Below the pieces are notes generated by a model. That model was not told where the DNA came from. It worked only from the letters and a program-made list of their open reading frames with translations, and ran no database searches. A stretch of DNA of 43,218 nucleotides, from NCBI GenBank assembly GCA_949295755.1, contig CASFMG010000049.1, positions 1-43,218 on the forward strand. The letters are read 5' to 3'. This DNA comes from an uncultured Christensenella sp. Lineage in GTDB: Bacteria; Bacillota; Clostridia; Christensenellales; UBA1242. The translations under genes were made by a program, and so were the position numbers. Shown piece by piece: positions 1 through 10,483 of this stretch; positions within the stretch are counted from its first letter, which is position 1; every line of letters begins with the position of its first letter.

Positions 1-3000
1 CTTTTTCCGTCATAAATCCAATCTGTTTGCCCATCAAATGTTGCAATTTGTGGTTTTATGCTTTTTACACTATAACAAGCAACAAAAGTTGTTTGAGAAG
101 TATTTGCGTATACAAAATTATTCACATCATTTGTTGAATAAACTTTTTTACTTGTATCGCCTTTTAATATAAAGTATTCAAATTCATAAACAATTTCATT
201 ATCTCCCCAAACCCAAGTTGGAAGATTACTAAATACATCACTTGTATAGATATTTGTTCCATACAAAACCGTTCCTGTAATAGTTTTTTGCCCATTTTTA
301 AATGTGCCTTCGCCAGCATCAAATGTAACCGTTATTTCTCTTGCTGTCCACTTTGGTGTAAATTGTATTGTTTCTTTGTTTAAAATATAATTTTTATAAG
401 TTTCAAATTTGCCAGTAACACTATTATATGGCAAATAAACAACACCATCATATTGCCATCCTGCAAAATTAAATCCTGTTCGTGTTGGAATATTAGTAAT
501 TGAATAATCATTACTTTTATATGTTACACTTCCCGTAGCAACAATTGTATTTAAAACATCATTATAAAGTGTGTAACTTATTTTTGCGGGAGATAAGTAT
601 GGCTTAAACACAATTTGAGCACCATCTTGACTAGGTACGTCATTGCTATTGAATGCGTTTATTCTAAAACTTGAAGAAGAATATTCTAAAATATATTTAG
701 TATCATCTTTATATTGCCAACCACTAAAATTATAGAGTGCTGGTGAAACTGTTAAAACTGGTGGCATTTTGTTTACACCATCAATTATAAATTTATTTGT
801 TCCATATTCAAGTTTCACCGATGTTGGAACAAAACTTAGCGTAAAAGATACCGTGTTATAATCATCAAAATAGTTTGAATAATCAAACTTAACATTGTAT
901 ACATTAGCCTGATAAACTGCAATAAAGAATATGTCTGTTTTAGGTTCAATTTCGCCGGCATTATAACCAACTGTAAAAGAAGTATTTAAAGAAGGAGTAT
1001 AATTTGAATAATCAATATTACTTAAAATACCATTATCACGAGAAATAATTATCCAACCTTTAAATGTGTAACCATTTTTTGTTGTATTTGCTAATTTAAT
1101 AGGACTGCCAACATATGCAGTATTGCTCAAAGAACCGTTTACAAGTACCTGTACTTCACTTGATGAAGCAGATTGAAGTTGTAAAATATTGCTATCGCTA
1201 TATTTATAAACAATGTTTGTGTGAACATTTGATACTCTATAATTAGGATTGATAATAATTTCAATAGGTGTATCAGTGTGATTTTTAAATGTTTGTTTTA
1301 ATAATTGTCTACTAAAACTTTGTACATTTTGATTATTTATTATTGTTTTTTCACCATCAATAATAAGTTCAAAACTTTCAATAGATTTATCATTTAATAT
1401 ATTTTCCAAAACATATTTTTTTGTAATTTTTTGATTACCATCTGCTATATTTATTAGAATATTATTACCACTGCTAGAAACAGAAACAACTGTTCCATAT
1501 ATAAACTTTTCATCATATGTAGTTTCTATATTGTTTAAATTATCGGTTATTTTTATGTTTGAAGATAAGAGTGTAATTTTAAAAGAAACCTTTATCTCTG
1601 CATTGTTTTCTAAGGTAAAACCACTTAATGTAATTGAACCCTGAGTTAAATTATCGCCATCAATAGTAAAGTTTGAAAAATCTGTTGGTGTAACAATTTT
1701 AATATTTTCTTTTTTTAATGAAGCAAAATCTTGTTGAGAGTCATTTAATTGCAATCTAAATTCAAGAACATCATCAGTTTTTATTTTAAAATTGTATTGA
1801 TTACCACTATCTCCACCGCTACCAACCGATTCGTCATTTAGTATAGCATTCGTTTCTAACTTTGTTAAAAAATCTTCAAAAACACCAAGCCCAACTCCGT
1901 CAATAGAAAAAGTTACCTTAACGGTATTTTGTACAACTGGCAAGGTTATTTTAAACCCTTCTATTTTTACACCTAGCAAAGATTGAATAGTTATGTCATA
2001 CACATACTCAGTGTCACTGTTTTTTGTACTTTTAATTTTTATTATAGTATGTTTGTCGTTTGAACCAAACTCTGATAATTTATTGCCATCTTTATCTAGT
2101 ATTACGATATCATCAATAGTTAAGTCTTCCAAATAATATCCATCTTTTGCATTAGCAGTTATAGTAAATTGCTTATTATATTTTGCTTTAAAATCTACAT
2201 AATTGGTTTTACTTATTCCTTTGTTATTTATTCCATCACTTTCTATATCTGAAATAGTAACTGTTAATGGATTTTTATCGTCATACACTTTTGAATCTAA
2301 ACTTGCATTAACATTAAAATCAAATGTTTTTTCTTCAACATTTAAATCTATTCTTTGTATACCAATCAAGTGATTAAATGTTATTGTGTACAAATATTGA
2401 TTTTCACTGCTTTGTGAAATGGTATAATTGTTTTTAACTTTAAGATTTTCATTGTTAATTGATTTTGTATATGAACAGCCATAGTAAGAACTAATATCAG
2501 TTATTTTACTTGTTCCATTATCACAGTTTAAATAAAATTCTAAACCTTCTAAAACATAACCGGGTTTTAATTCAAATGTAATAGATTGTTGCCCATCACT
2601 AGTTTTCGATTTAACTGGACTTTGTGGAAAATTTTTAAAAAATGAAGAATTATCGGTTGTGATTGTAGTCTCTTGGTCTGCTCCTTCCCAATTCACTTGC
2701 CAAGTTGTTGTTTTGTCGTTATCTTTTGTCCAATTAGAAGTATATACCAAATTTAAATCATCTGCATAAGATGAATTTGTAAATATGTTGGTTCCATTAT
2801 CAGTTATTGAACTTGCAATAAATTTACTCCAAACAGGATAAAATTTCTTGATGTTAAGTGCATTTGAATTGTCACTTAAAATATTTACAATATTGCCACT
2901 TCCTATTTCATAACCTATCCCATTAGATAAAGGTTTATCAACCATAACGAAAACTGTTATTATGTTATCTTTTATCAATTCTGAACGATTATAAACAAAA

Positions 3001-5003
3001 TACGGATAATTTTTTGCAATACTGCTATAATTTGTATTAGCATTAAGTTGAATAGTTACTTCTTGCAAATTGTTTAAGAAATAACTTTCGGTTAAACTGC
3101 CTGTAATTCTATCAGATAAATAACTGCAATTTTGTTCAGGTTTGTCTTCATCTTTAATATCAAATAAAATATCATTTGCATTTAAACTTCCTTTACCTAT
3201 TTGAGTAATTCGATTAAAATAATCAGAAGTGAAAACAATTAAATATGGTTCACCATAAGGAATATAATACTTGTTGTTGCTTATATATGTAGCAGGATTG
3301 CCGTCAACAAGTTTAATTTGATATAAATCATATTTTTCTACTGATTGCCAACCATTTTTTAAAACACTTGCATATTCTTGAAAATTGAATGTTACAGGAT
3401 TATATTTCCCCCTTTCGTAAGTGGTTATTTTATATTCACCTTGAAATGTATTAAGGACACCCAAATTATAATCTGCCGAAGAAACATTAAATAAAAAATC
3501 GTCCTTATCGTCCTTATCGGCACTATTTAAACTAAATGTTAAAATAGAAAAATTTGTTTTTACAGCATTAGATAAAAATTTTTCACTATACCTAAGTGTA
3601 TATTCTTCATCAGCATCACTAAAAAATTCACTATTACCTCTCATCAATCCATCATTGATACCAGATATAACACGAGAAAACACAACTTTTTCAAAATTAT
3701 AGTTTTGGTCACTCTCAAATTTGCTTTTTATACTTCCACTTCTTGTTAAAATATTGTATAGATATGTTTCACTAGAAATTGTTTCTGTTATGTAATTAGT
3801 TATAATATCGCTTTCACTAGGATTTATAACCTTTATATCTGCATTTTCATCATAAGAACATCTTATATTTTCATAATTTAAAACAATATTCCCAACACCA
3901 CGCAATACCTTTTGACCTTTTACTCCGTGCATAACACCATTTGTATCGGTTATCCAATATTTTGAATCTGTATAATTAGCATTTGCAGCAGAAGTGTATA
4001 CAATAACCCTGCTTGTTATAGTACCATAAGAATAAGCCAAATCACTAGAACAATAATAATTTCTAATTGTATAACGCTTTAAACCTGTTTCACAAAAACC
4101 AACAATTCCTCCTAATTGTGTGTGGTATGTAATATTTCCAATAGGCCTTGATATATTTTTAAAAGTTGTTTTAACATCACCAACATGAAAAACTAAATCA
4201 ATGCTTGTACTATTACCCAACAAACCAGCAATTCCTCCTGCAAAAGTTGCATATCTAGCAGTTCTTGTTACCAATGAGCCACCAGTTGATGTAATACCTG
4301 ACCAAACTAAACTCGCTTTTCTTGATGTTACATTAACATAAGAAAAGCATCTTGTTATTTCTCCACCAGCAAGTTTGCCTACTAAACCACCAACATAACT
4401 GCCACCATTAACAGTTCCTGTTGCTCCACAATTTATAATTGTTGTATTTAAGGCATTTCCAATCAATGCCCCTGAATATACATTTGAATTTACAGGATTT
4501 ATATTTACTCCTTCCAGCGTTAAATTTTTTATTGTGGCACCAGATGTTTGTCCAAACAATCCATGACTGTTGTTGCTTGTTACAACAGTTTCGTCAATGG
4601 TTAATCCTTTTATTGTGTAACCTCTGCCATCAAATGTCCCACTAAAAGAATTGATGGGTGTCCAAATTTTTCCAGATAAATCAATATCGTTTGTTAAGTA
4701 TACAGAAATATATTCAGTTCCTTCGTTTGCTTTTTGCATAAATTCTGCAAGGTCAGTAGCAGTAGAAATTGCAAAAGTTTGAACAGTTGCATAAAGTGAA
4801 AGTTTAGAATTATCACTTATTTTTACATCTGCCCAATTTTCAATTTCATCAGATGTTTCATTTGATAAAGAACTTTCTTCTGCATTTATGACATTTAAAG
4901 AATTATTTGCTTGAAACACATATGCTCCAAAAATAGCAAAAAGACTAAAAATAAATGAAAATAAAATTGAAAAAGATAAATATTTTTTTCTATTATACTC
5001 CAT
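1..5003 (-). CDS. Very large secreted or cell-surface protein, truncated at its 3' end by the window edge (more than 1660 codons). It has an N-terminal signal/anchor helix, a GLUG-motif region, then repeated Listeria-Bacteroides (Flg_new / InlB B-repeat-like) modules.
   Basis: Absent from the supplied ORF track, apparently because it runs off the edge. ATG at 5003-5001 (minus) is preceded by AAGGA. Manual reverse-complement translation starts MEYNRKKYLSFSILFSFIFSLFAIFGAYVFQANNSLNVINAEE. GLUG-like segments: GSYVGGLVGKLAGGEITRCFSYVNV, FAGGIAGLLGN, LGGIVGFCE. Later repeats follow the pattern P-x-x-x-G-[FY]-x-F-x-GW: TRTGFNFAGWQYDG, KNGYTFKGWII, YNFSGWQYKD. I saw no stop in this frame, and the track lists no minus-strand ORF fragments across 1-4438. 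Confidence 0.8.
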   Translation of the reverse strand, partial: MEYNRKKYLSFSILFSFIFSLFAIFGAYVFQANNSLNVINAEESSLSNETSDEIENWADVKISDNSKLSLYATVQTFAISTATDLAEFMQKANEGTEYISVYLTNDIDLSGKIWTPINSFSGTFDGRGYTIKGLTIDETVVTSNNSHGLFGQTSGATIKNLTLEGVNINPVNSNVYSGALIGNALNTTIINCGATGTVNGGSYVGGLVGKLAGGEITRCFSYVNVTSRKASLVWSGITSTGGSLVTRTARYATFAGGIAGLLGNSTSIDLVFHVGDVKTTFKNISRPIGNITYHTQLGGIVGFCETGLKRYTIRNYYCSSDLAYSYGTITSRVIVYTSAANANYTDSKYWITDTNGVMHGVKGQKVLRGVGNIVLNYENIRCSYDENADIKVINPSESDIITNYITETISSETYLYNILTRSGSIKSKFESDQNYNFEKVVFSRVISGINDGLMRGNSEFFSDADEEYTLRYSEKFLSNAVKTNFSILTFSLNSADKDDKDDFLFNVSSADYNLGVLNTFQGEYKITTYERGKYNPVTFNFQEYASVLKNGWQSVEKYDLYQIKLVDGNPATYISNNKYYIPYGEPYLIVFTSDYFNRITQIGKGSLNANDILFDIKDEDKPEQNCSYLSDRITGSLTESYFLNNLQEVTIQLNANTNYSSIAKNYPYFVYNRSELIKDNIITVFVMVDKPLSNGIGYEIGSGNIVNILSDNSNALNIKKFYPVWSKFIASSITDNGTNIFTNSSYADDLNLVYTSNWTKDNDKTTTWQVNWEGADQETTITTDNSSFFKNFPQSPVKSKTSDGQQSITFELKPGYVLEGLEFYLNCDNGTSKITDISSYYGCSYTKSINNENLKVKNNYTISQSSENQYLYTITFNHLIGIQRIDLNVEEKTFDFNVNASLDSKVYDDKNPLTVTISDIESDGINNKGISKTNYVDFKAKYNKQFTITANAKDGYYLEDLTIDDIVILDKDGNKLSEFGSNDKHTIIKIKSTKNSDTEYVYDITIQSLLGVKIEGFKITLPVVQNTVKVTFSIDGVGLGVFEDFLTKLETNAILNDESVGSGGDSGNQYNFKIKTDDVLEFRLQLNDSQQDFASLKKENIKIVTPTDFSNFTIDGDNLTQGSITLSGFTLENNAEIKVSFKITLLSSNIKITDNLNNIETTYDEKFIYGTVVSVSSSGNNILINIADGNQKITKKYVLENILNDKSIESFELIIDGEKTIINNQNVQSFSRQLLKQTFKNHTDTPIEIIINPNYRVSNVHTNIVYKYSDSNILQLQSASSSEVQVLVNGSLSNTAYVGSPIKLANTTKNGYTFKGWIIISRDNGILSNIDYSNYTPSLNTSFTVGYNAGEIEPKTDIFFIAVYQANVYNVKFDYSNYFDDYNTVSFTLSFVPTSVKLEYGTNKFIIDGVNKMPPVLTVSPALYNFSGWQYKDDTKYILEYSSSSFRINAFNSNDVPSQDGAQIVFKPYLSPAKISYTLYNDVLNTIVATGSVTYKSNDYSITNIPTRTGFNFAGWQYDGVVYLPYNSVTGKFETYKNYILNKETIQFTPKWTAREITVTFDAGEGTFKNGQKTITGTVLYGTNIYTSDVFSNLPTWVWGDNEIVYEFEYFILKGDTSKKVYSTNDVNNFVYANTSQTTFVACYSVKSIKPQIATFDGQTDWIYDGK

Positions 5004-5185
5004 ATACTTGTACCGTCCTTATTATTCTTAGTTATATTATATAAATTATACAAATAAATGGCAATCAAATTGAATAGAAAACTAAAAAGGGTTAAACATA
5101 AAATAAACCTTTATATAAGATTAAATAAATAAAATTTATTTTTATTTTTATTAAATTTGTGATACATTATAAAAAAGGGGTATTT

Positions 5186-6646
5186 ATGAAAAAGAAAATT
5201 TATCAATTATTTATTTTCGCCTTTATTGTTTTTTCGGTGTTTAGTTTTAATAATTATGATATAACAAAGGTTTTTGCACAAGAACCAACTGTTACTTCAA
5301 TATCAAGCACACTAAACTACATAGAAAACGATTTAGAAGTTCAAAAAAGTAATGGAATTTATCAAATAAATTTTGAAAAAAATTTACAGACTCCATATAA
5401 AACATATTTAGTAAAAACAAACATTGTTATGTCAGATTCATCAATGGCAACTAATGAAATTATAGAGCAAATGATATGGACAATAAATAACAAAACAACG
5501 CAATCAACCGACAATATATCATTTACTGCTAATATTTACCAAAATGAATATTATAATTTGGAATTACACGGAAAAGATATAACCTTAACCCCCTTGAAGC
5601 CTTGCACACTTGAAATAATATGCACATTACAATCGCAAAATAGTAAAATTACAGTTTGTGCAAATTATGCAACATTAGAAAAAATAACAATTCAAAATGA
5701 TAATATTTATGATAATACAATAACACAACTTTATGAAACATTTTCAGATATTGAACTGAATGTAATTTTGGAATATTTCGACTTTTTAGACCCTAGTATT
5801 TCATACAATTATGTATGGACAATAGGTTCTCAAACTCAAATAGGAAAATCTTCAATAACGATAACAAAAGATATGGTAAAAATTGGGGAAACAAATATAT
5901 CTGTTGAAATAGAAAATAATCAAAAAATTTCGGCAACAATTAAACTCGTAGTTACAACAAATGAAGAATATTCAATAAATATAAAGCACAGTGGAAATCT
6001 TGTTCAAACTTACGATGACAACAATCAACCAATAAACTTTACTGCAGATGTTCCCATAACGAAAGATTATCAAATAATATGGTTTTTAAAATTTCCTAAT
6101 AGTCATATCTACAAAAAACAAAATACAAATAATGATAAAAGTTACACGTTTAATCCATTACAAAACCCGACGGGCACATATAAAATATTTGCACAAGCAA
6201 CAACCATTGACGGAATAACGGTTATAAGTGATGTTTATGAAATAATCATATATCCAAAAGTTGTAACAGAAGAAAAAGAATTTACAATTATAACAAACGC
6301 ATATTCAAATTTATCAACAAATGTTCAAGCATTTGATTGCACTATAGATACACAAAATTATTATGACGAAGATGAAATTGTATGGCTTGTTAACGGCACA
6401 ATGTATGCACTTGGTTCACATATAAAATTTGAGCCATCTCTTTCGGGAGAATATATCATTCAAGTTAGATTAATAAATGCTGATAACACGATTGGCAATG
6501 CAATATCTAAAACAATAACATTAAATGCAAAAACAATAGAACAAAATACTTTATGGATTTATATTTCAGTATCTATTGTTGTGCTTGTTGGACTTTGTGT
6601 TTGTTCAATAATTATTTCAAATAAAATGCGTGAAAAAATTTGGTAA
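5186..6646 (+). CDS. Secreted, C-terminally membrane-anchored protein of unknown function, divergent from the giant surface protein.
   Basis: Track ORF 5159..6646. The preferred start is ATG 5186, after AAAAGGGG. N-terminus MKKKIYQLFIFAFIVFSVFSFNN...AQE looks like a signal peptide. The C-terminus LWIYISVSIVVLVGLCVCSIIISNKMREKIW is a TM helix with a basic tail. No family recognised. Confidence 0.6.
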   Translation: MKKKIYQLFIFAFIVFSVFSFNNYDITKVFAQEPTVTSISSTLNYIENDLEVQKSNGIYQINFEKNLQTPYKTYLVKTNIVMSDSSMATNEIIEQMIWTINNKTTQSTDNISFTANIYQNEYYNLELHGKDITLTPLKPCTLEIICTLQSQNSKITVCANYATLEKITIQNDNIYDNTITQLYETFSDIELNVILEYFDFLDPSISYNYVWTIGSQTQIGKSSITITKDMVKIGETNISVEIENNQKISATIKLVVTTNEEYSINIKHSGNLVQTYDDNNQPINFTADVPITKDYQIIWFLKFPNSHIYKKQNTNNDKSYTFNPLQNPTGTYKIFAQATTIDGITVISDVYEIIIYPKVVTEEKEFTIITNAYSNLSTNVQAFDCTIDTQNYYDEDEIVWLVNGTMYALGSHIKFEPSLSGEYIIQVRLINADNTIGNAISKTITLNAKTIEQNTLWIYISVSIVVLVGLCVCSIIISNKMREKIW

Positions 6647-6859
6647 TTAAATATTTAATCCCTTTATTTATAAAGCAAAAAATATATTTTTAAAATATAT
6701 TTTTTATTTATTTTTTTATAATTAAAAATATTTTTATTTAATTTTTAAAAAGATATTTTTTATTATTTTTTATTTAATTTTTAATATTATAATTTTCATA
6801 ATTTTACGCAAAAAAAAACATATAAAATTAACTTTAAATTTATACGTTTTTTTTTAAAA

Positions 6860-8245
6860 TTAGTATAAACAATTTTGTGGAGTTCTAGGAAAAGGAATTA
6901 CATCTCTAATATTTTCAACACCAGTTAAATACATAACAAGTCTTTCAAAACCCATACCAAAACCCGAGTGAATACAACTGCCAAATTTTCTTAAATTTAA
7001 GTACCAATCTATTGCTTTTGTATCAACATTCATTTCTTTACATCGTTTTAATATTTTATCATAATTTTCTTCTCTTTGACTACCCCCCATTAGTTCGCCT
7101 GCACCGGGAACTTCAAGGTCAACTGCTGCAACTGTTTGTCCATCTTCGTTTAATTTCATATAATATGCTTTAATATCTTTTGGCCAATTCTTTACAAAAA
7201 CGGGTCCATTAAAATATTCAGTTATATATTTTTCGTGCTCTTTTGCTATATCTCCACCATAAACAGGTTCGAATTCCCATTTTACATCTGCTTTTTTAAG
7301 TATATCAATCACATCTTTATGGTCTATTCTTGTAAAATTACTCGAAAGAAGTTTGTTTAATTTATCTAAAAGACCATTAGAAACAAATGTGTTTAAAAAT
7401 TCAAGTTCTTGCTTACATTTTTCTAAAACATATTTTACAATAAATTTAAGCATATCTTCTTCAATGTCCATAAGTCCATCTAAATCACAAAAGGCGATTT
7501 CTGGTTCAATCATCCAAAACTCATTTGCGTGAGTTTTTGTGTTACTATTCTCAGTTCTAAAAGTTGGTCCAAAAGTATAAATTTTATTAAAAGCCAAGGC
7601 AAATGCTTCGCCGTGGAGTTGACCACTTCCCGTTATATATGCTTGCTTACCAAACAAATCTTGCTTCATATCAACATTTCCATCTTTATCCTTTAAAAGA
7701 TTATTAAAATTTAATGTTGTCACTTTAAACATTTGGTCCGAGCCTTCACAGTCTGTTGTTGTTATTAGTGGTGTATTTACATATAAATAACCTTTGCCTT
7801 GAAAGTACTCGTGAATTGCCATTGCCGCAACGCTTCTTATTCTAAATACTGCTTGAAATAAATTCGCTCTTGGTCTTAAATATGCAATTTCACGCAAAAA
7901 TTCAACACTATGTCTTTTCTTTTGCAAAGGATATTCGCTATCTGTTGCACAAAAAACACTAATATCACTCGCTACAATTTCAAATGGTTGTTTGTTTTGT
8001 GGTGTCAACTTAACTTTGCCTTTACAAATGATTGTTGAACCTGCATTTAATTTGGCTATTTGCTCAAAATTATCTAGTTTACTAAAAACAATTTGTGCCG
8101 ATTTAAAACAAGTGCCGTCAGTAAAATCAATAAATCCAAAATCTTTGCTTGCCCTAACGCTTTTAACCCAACCATTTATGCATATTTCTTTATCATCATA
8201 TTCTTGTAATTTGTCATAAATGTTTTTAATGTCTTCTATTTTCAT
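6860..8245 (-). CDS. asnS: Asparagine--tRNA ligase
   Basis: 461 aa. It has the N-terminal OB-fold region (INGWVKSVRASKDFGFIDFTDG) and the class II core FRTENSNTKTHANEFWMIEPE and GFGMGFERL typical of AsnRS. AAGGAG precedes the ATG. Confidence 0.93.
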   Translation of the reverse strand: MKIEDIKNIYDKLQEYDDKEICINGWVKSVRASKDFGFIDFTDGTCFKSAQIVFSKLDNFEQIAKLNAGSTIICKGKVKLTPQNKQPFEIVASDISVFCATDSEYPLQKKRHSVEFLREIAYLRPRANLFQAVFRIRSVAAMAIHEYFQGKGYLYVNTPLITTTDCEGSDQMFKVTTLNFNNLLKDKDGNVDMKQDLFGKQAYITGSGQLHGEAFALAFNKIYTFGPTFRTENSNTKTHANEFWMIEPEIAFCDLDGLMDIEEDMLKFIVKYVLEKCKQELEFLNTFVSNGLLDKLNKLLSSNFTRIDHKDVIDILKKADVKWEFEPVYGGDIAKEHEKYITEYFNGPVFVKNWPKDIKAYYMKLNEDGQTVAAVDLEVPGAGELMGGSQREENYDKILKRCKEMNVDTKAIDWYLNLRKFGSCIHSGFGMGFERLVMYLTGVENIRDVIPFPRTPQNCLY

Positions 8246-8424
8246 ATTGCTCCTTTATTTTGTTAAACAAAAAAATTTAATTTAGTACATAAAAGTGTAT
8301 CACTATTAAAAAATATTTGCAATTATTTTATCTTTATAAATTATTTCAAGTTATGTAATTATGTATGCATAATTGAACATATATTCAATCGTTTTCGTAT
8401 GTGATATAATTACAATCTGCAAAT

Positions 8425-8464
8425 TAAAAATAACAACAGTTGTAATTATGTTCAACTGTTGTTA
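8425..8464 (-). terminator. Intrinsic terminator after the helD-like gene
   Basis: An 11-bp stem AACAACAGTTG (8432-8442) / CAACTGTTGTT (8453-8463) overlaps the stop codon. A T-rich run follows on the minus strand. Confidence 0.6.
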
Positions 8465-10480
8465 TTCTACAAAACTACTTTTTTCACCAACATAAGTTAT
8501 ACAAAGTTTATGCAATGCTCTTGTACAAGAAACATACAACAAATTTTTGTCTAAAAAGTTTTTATAATTTGTCTTTGTAACATTTGGAACTATTACCATA
8601 TCAAATTCTAGTCCTTTGCATACGCTTGCAGGCATAATCATAATTTTTGAAATTTCACTATTTTCATTTAATAATTTTAAATCATCGAGTTCGCTTAAAT
8701 AACTATAATATTGTTCGGCTTCGGTTTGTGTTTTGCAAATAATTGCAATTGTTTCGGCTTTTTTTTCATTTTTTATTAAATTTTCTATATATTTTACTTC
8801 ATATTCTATATTTTCACATATTTGCATATTTACACTTTCACCGTGTCTATCAACTTTATTTGAGTGTAAATTTTTAATATTATCAGCAAATTCCACAATT
8901 TCATATGTCGAACGATATGTTTTATTTAGTTTTAAAATTTCTTTTGCACCTAATAAACTAGCATATTTATCTAAATCTTTGTCTTCAATAATTTTTTCTA
9001 AACATTGGTATATATCTCCAAGAACCGTTTTTTCACAATTAAACATTTCATTGAATAGTTCATAGTGAATTGGCGAATAATCTTGCATTTCATCAATTAC
9101 CAAATACTTAATGTCTTTATATTTTGTTAGTCCAATTATATAATTTTTGATATATAAAATAGGTGCAATATCTTCATTTCTAATTTTATTGTCTTTTGTT
9201 AGTGAAAATTTCATTCCAATTTTGTCTAAAAAATCAGCATATATTTCAATTAGTGAATTTTGAATAAACATTGGAAGCAGAACTTTTTTTATTCTGTTAT
9301 ACAAATCTTCATTATGCTCTTTTACATCAAGTTTATCCATTATATAATCTGCAATCCAACTAACTCTTATTGCAGGAGTTTTATCTATGTATTTTTTATT
9401 GTAAAGTTCTTCTAGTTCTTCTTTGTTTATTTTTACATCGCCAAACACTAAATTATGTGCATAAAAACCCACATTTACATATGTTTTTAAATAAGTTTTT
9501 AAACTATCACAAAAATCAAAACAATTCTTATAAGCAACTTCGTTTAATCTTTGTGGATTTTCTACAAGTTCATTGAGTCCATCTTCTCTTGTTTGTAAAT
9601 CATTTGTAAGTGAAACAAGTTCATCTTTTGCAATATTATAAAATGATAATGACTGTATGTGTTCTTCGCCTAGTGATGGCAATACAGTTGAAATATAATC
9701 ACTAAATATTTGATTTGGTGAAATTATTAAAATATCTTTTGATTTGTACTTATCTCTATATTTATATAATAAATAAGCAACTCTATGCAATGCTATAGAT
9801 GTTTTTCCACTTCCTGCAATACCTTGAACAAATAATATTGGAGCACTATCTCTAATAATCAAATTTTGCTCTTTTTGAATTGTCGAAACAATGTTTTGCA
9901 TTTTTTTATTAGCATTGTTAGCAAGTTCTTTTTGCAATATATCGTCTTGAATAGTTAACTTACTATCAAAACAATATTCCATTTTACTATCTTTTATTTT
10001 AAATTGACGTTTGTTTATAATTTCTCCACTAATTTCTCCCATTGGAGCAATATATTTTGCCTTTCCTATCTCATAGTCATAGAAAATACTACTGACTGGT
10101 GCACGCCAATCACAAACGAGTGGAATTTCCCCATTGTTTGTTAAACTAAATGTACCTATATAATAATTATCAATTTTTTGAGTTTTATCGCCTTTAAATG
10201 TTATTTTGCCAAAATATGGAGATAGTTTTTGTTTTTTTAACTTGTAATACTTATTTTTTGTTTGATTTATTATTCTTTCAGCATCGTCTAATTCATCGCC
10301 ACCGGTAACTGTTTCTTCATCATCTAAAAAATAATACTGCTCAGAAAAATGATGCGTTAAATCTCGCATCTCTTTTTCTAATTTATCAAGCATTTTATTT
10401 ACTGATAAAATTTGACTATCAATTTCGTCAATAACATTTTTTAAATAATTTTTTTCTTTATCTAATTCGCATTGTTCCAT
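8462..10480 (-). CDS. helD: HelD-type UvrD/Rep-family (helicase IV-like) ATPase
   Basis: 672 aa. N-terminal coiled-coil, then the CDWRAPVSSIFYDYE motif, Walker A GIAGSGKTSIALHRVAYLL, DEMQDY motif II, and a C-terminal UvrD_C-like GLEFDMVIV...YVSCTRALHKL. Confidence 0.8.
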   Translation of the reverse strand: MEQCELDKEKNYLKNVIDEIDSQILSVNKMLDKLEKEMRDLTHHFSEQYYFLDDEETVTGGDELDDAERIINQTKNKYYKLKKQKLSPYFGKITFKGDKTQKIDNYYIGTFSLTNNGEIPLVCDWRAPVSSIFYDYEIGKAKYIAPMGEISGEIINKRQFKIKDSKMEYCFDSKLTIQDDILQKELANNANKKMQNIVSTIQKEQNLIIRDSAPILFVQGIAGSGKTSIALHRVAYLLYKYRDKYKSKDILIISPNQIFSDYISTVLPSLGEEHIQSLSFYNIAKDELVSLTNDLQTREDGLNELVENPQRLNEVAYKNCFDFCDSLKTYLKTYVNVGFYAHNLVFGDVKINKEELEELYNKKYIDKTPAIRVSWIADYIMDKLDVKEHNEDLYNRIKKVLLPMFIQNSLIEIYADFLDKIGMKFSLTKDNKIRNEDIAPILYIKNYIIGLTKYKDIKYLVIDEMQDYSPIHYELFNEMFNCEKTVLGDIYQCLEKIIEDKDLDKYASLLGAKEILKLNKTYRSTYEIVEFADNIKNLHSNKVDRHGESVNMQICENIEYEVKYIENLIKNEKKAETIAIICKTQTEAEQYYSYLSELDDLKLLNENSEISKIMIMPASVCKGLEFDMVIVPNVTKTNYKNFLDKNLLYVSCTRALHKLCITYVGEKSSFVE

Positions 10481-10483
10481 ATT

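Noticed and set aside
6647-6859. Short direct repeats (TTTTATTTAATTTTTAA twice) and AT-only palindromes that could be mistaken for a repeat array.
   Set aside because: This is low-complexity AT sequence between two convergent genes. The palindromes are adequately explained as convergent terminators, and there is no spacer/repeat periodicity.
8246-8461. A T-box leader upstream of asnS.
   Set aside because: The region is about 215 nt of almost pure AT. It has no specifier-loop or T-box consensus (no GGTGGTACCGCG-like element). The only terminator/antiterminator-like pair is the terminator of the upstream helD gene.
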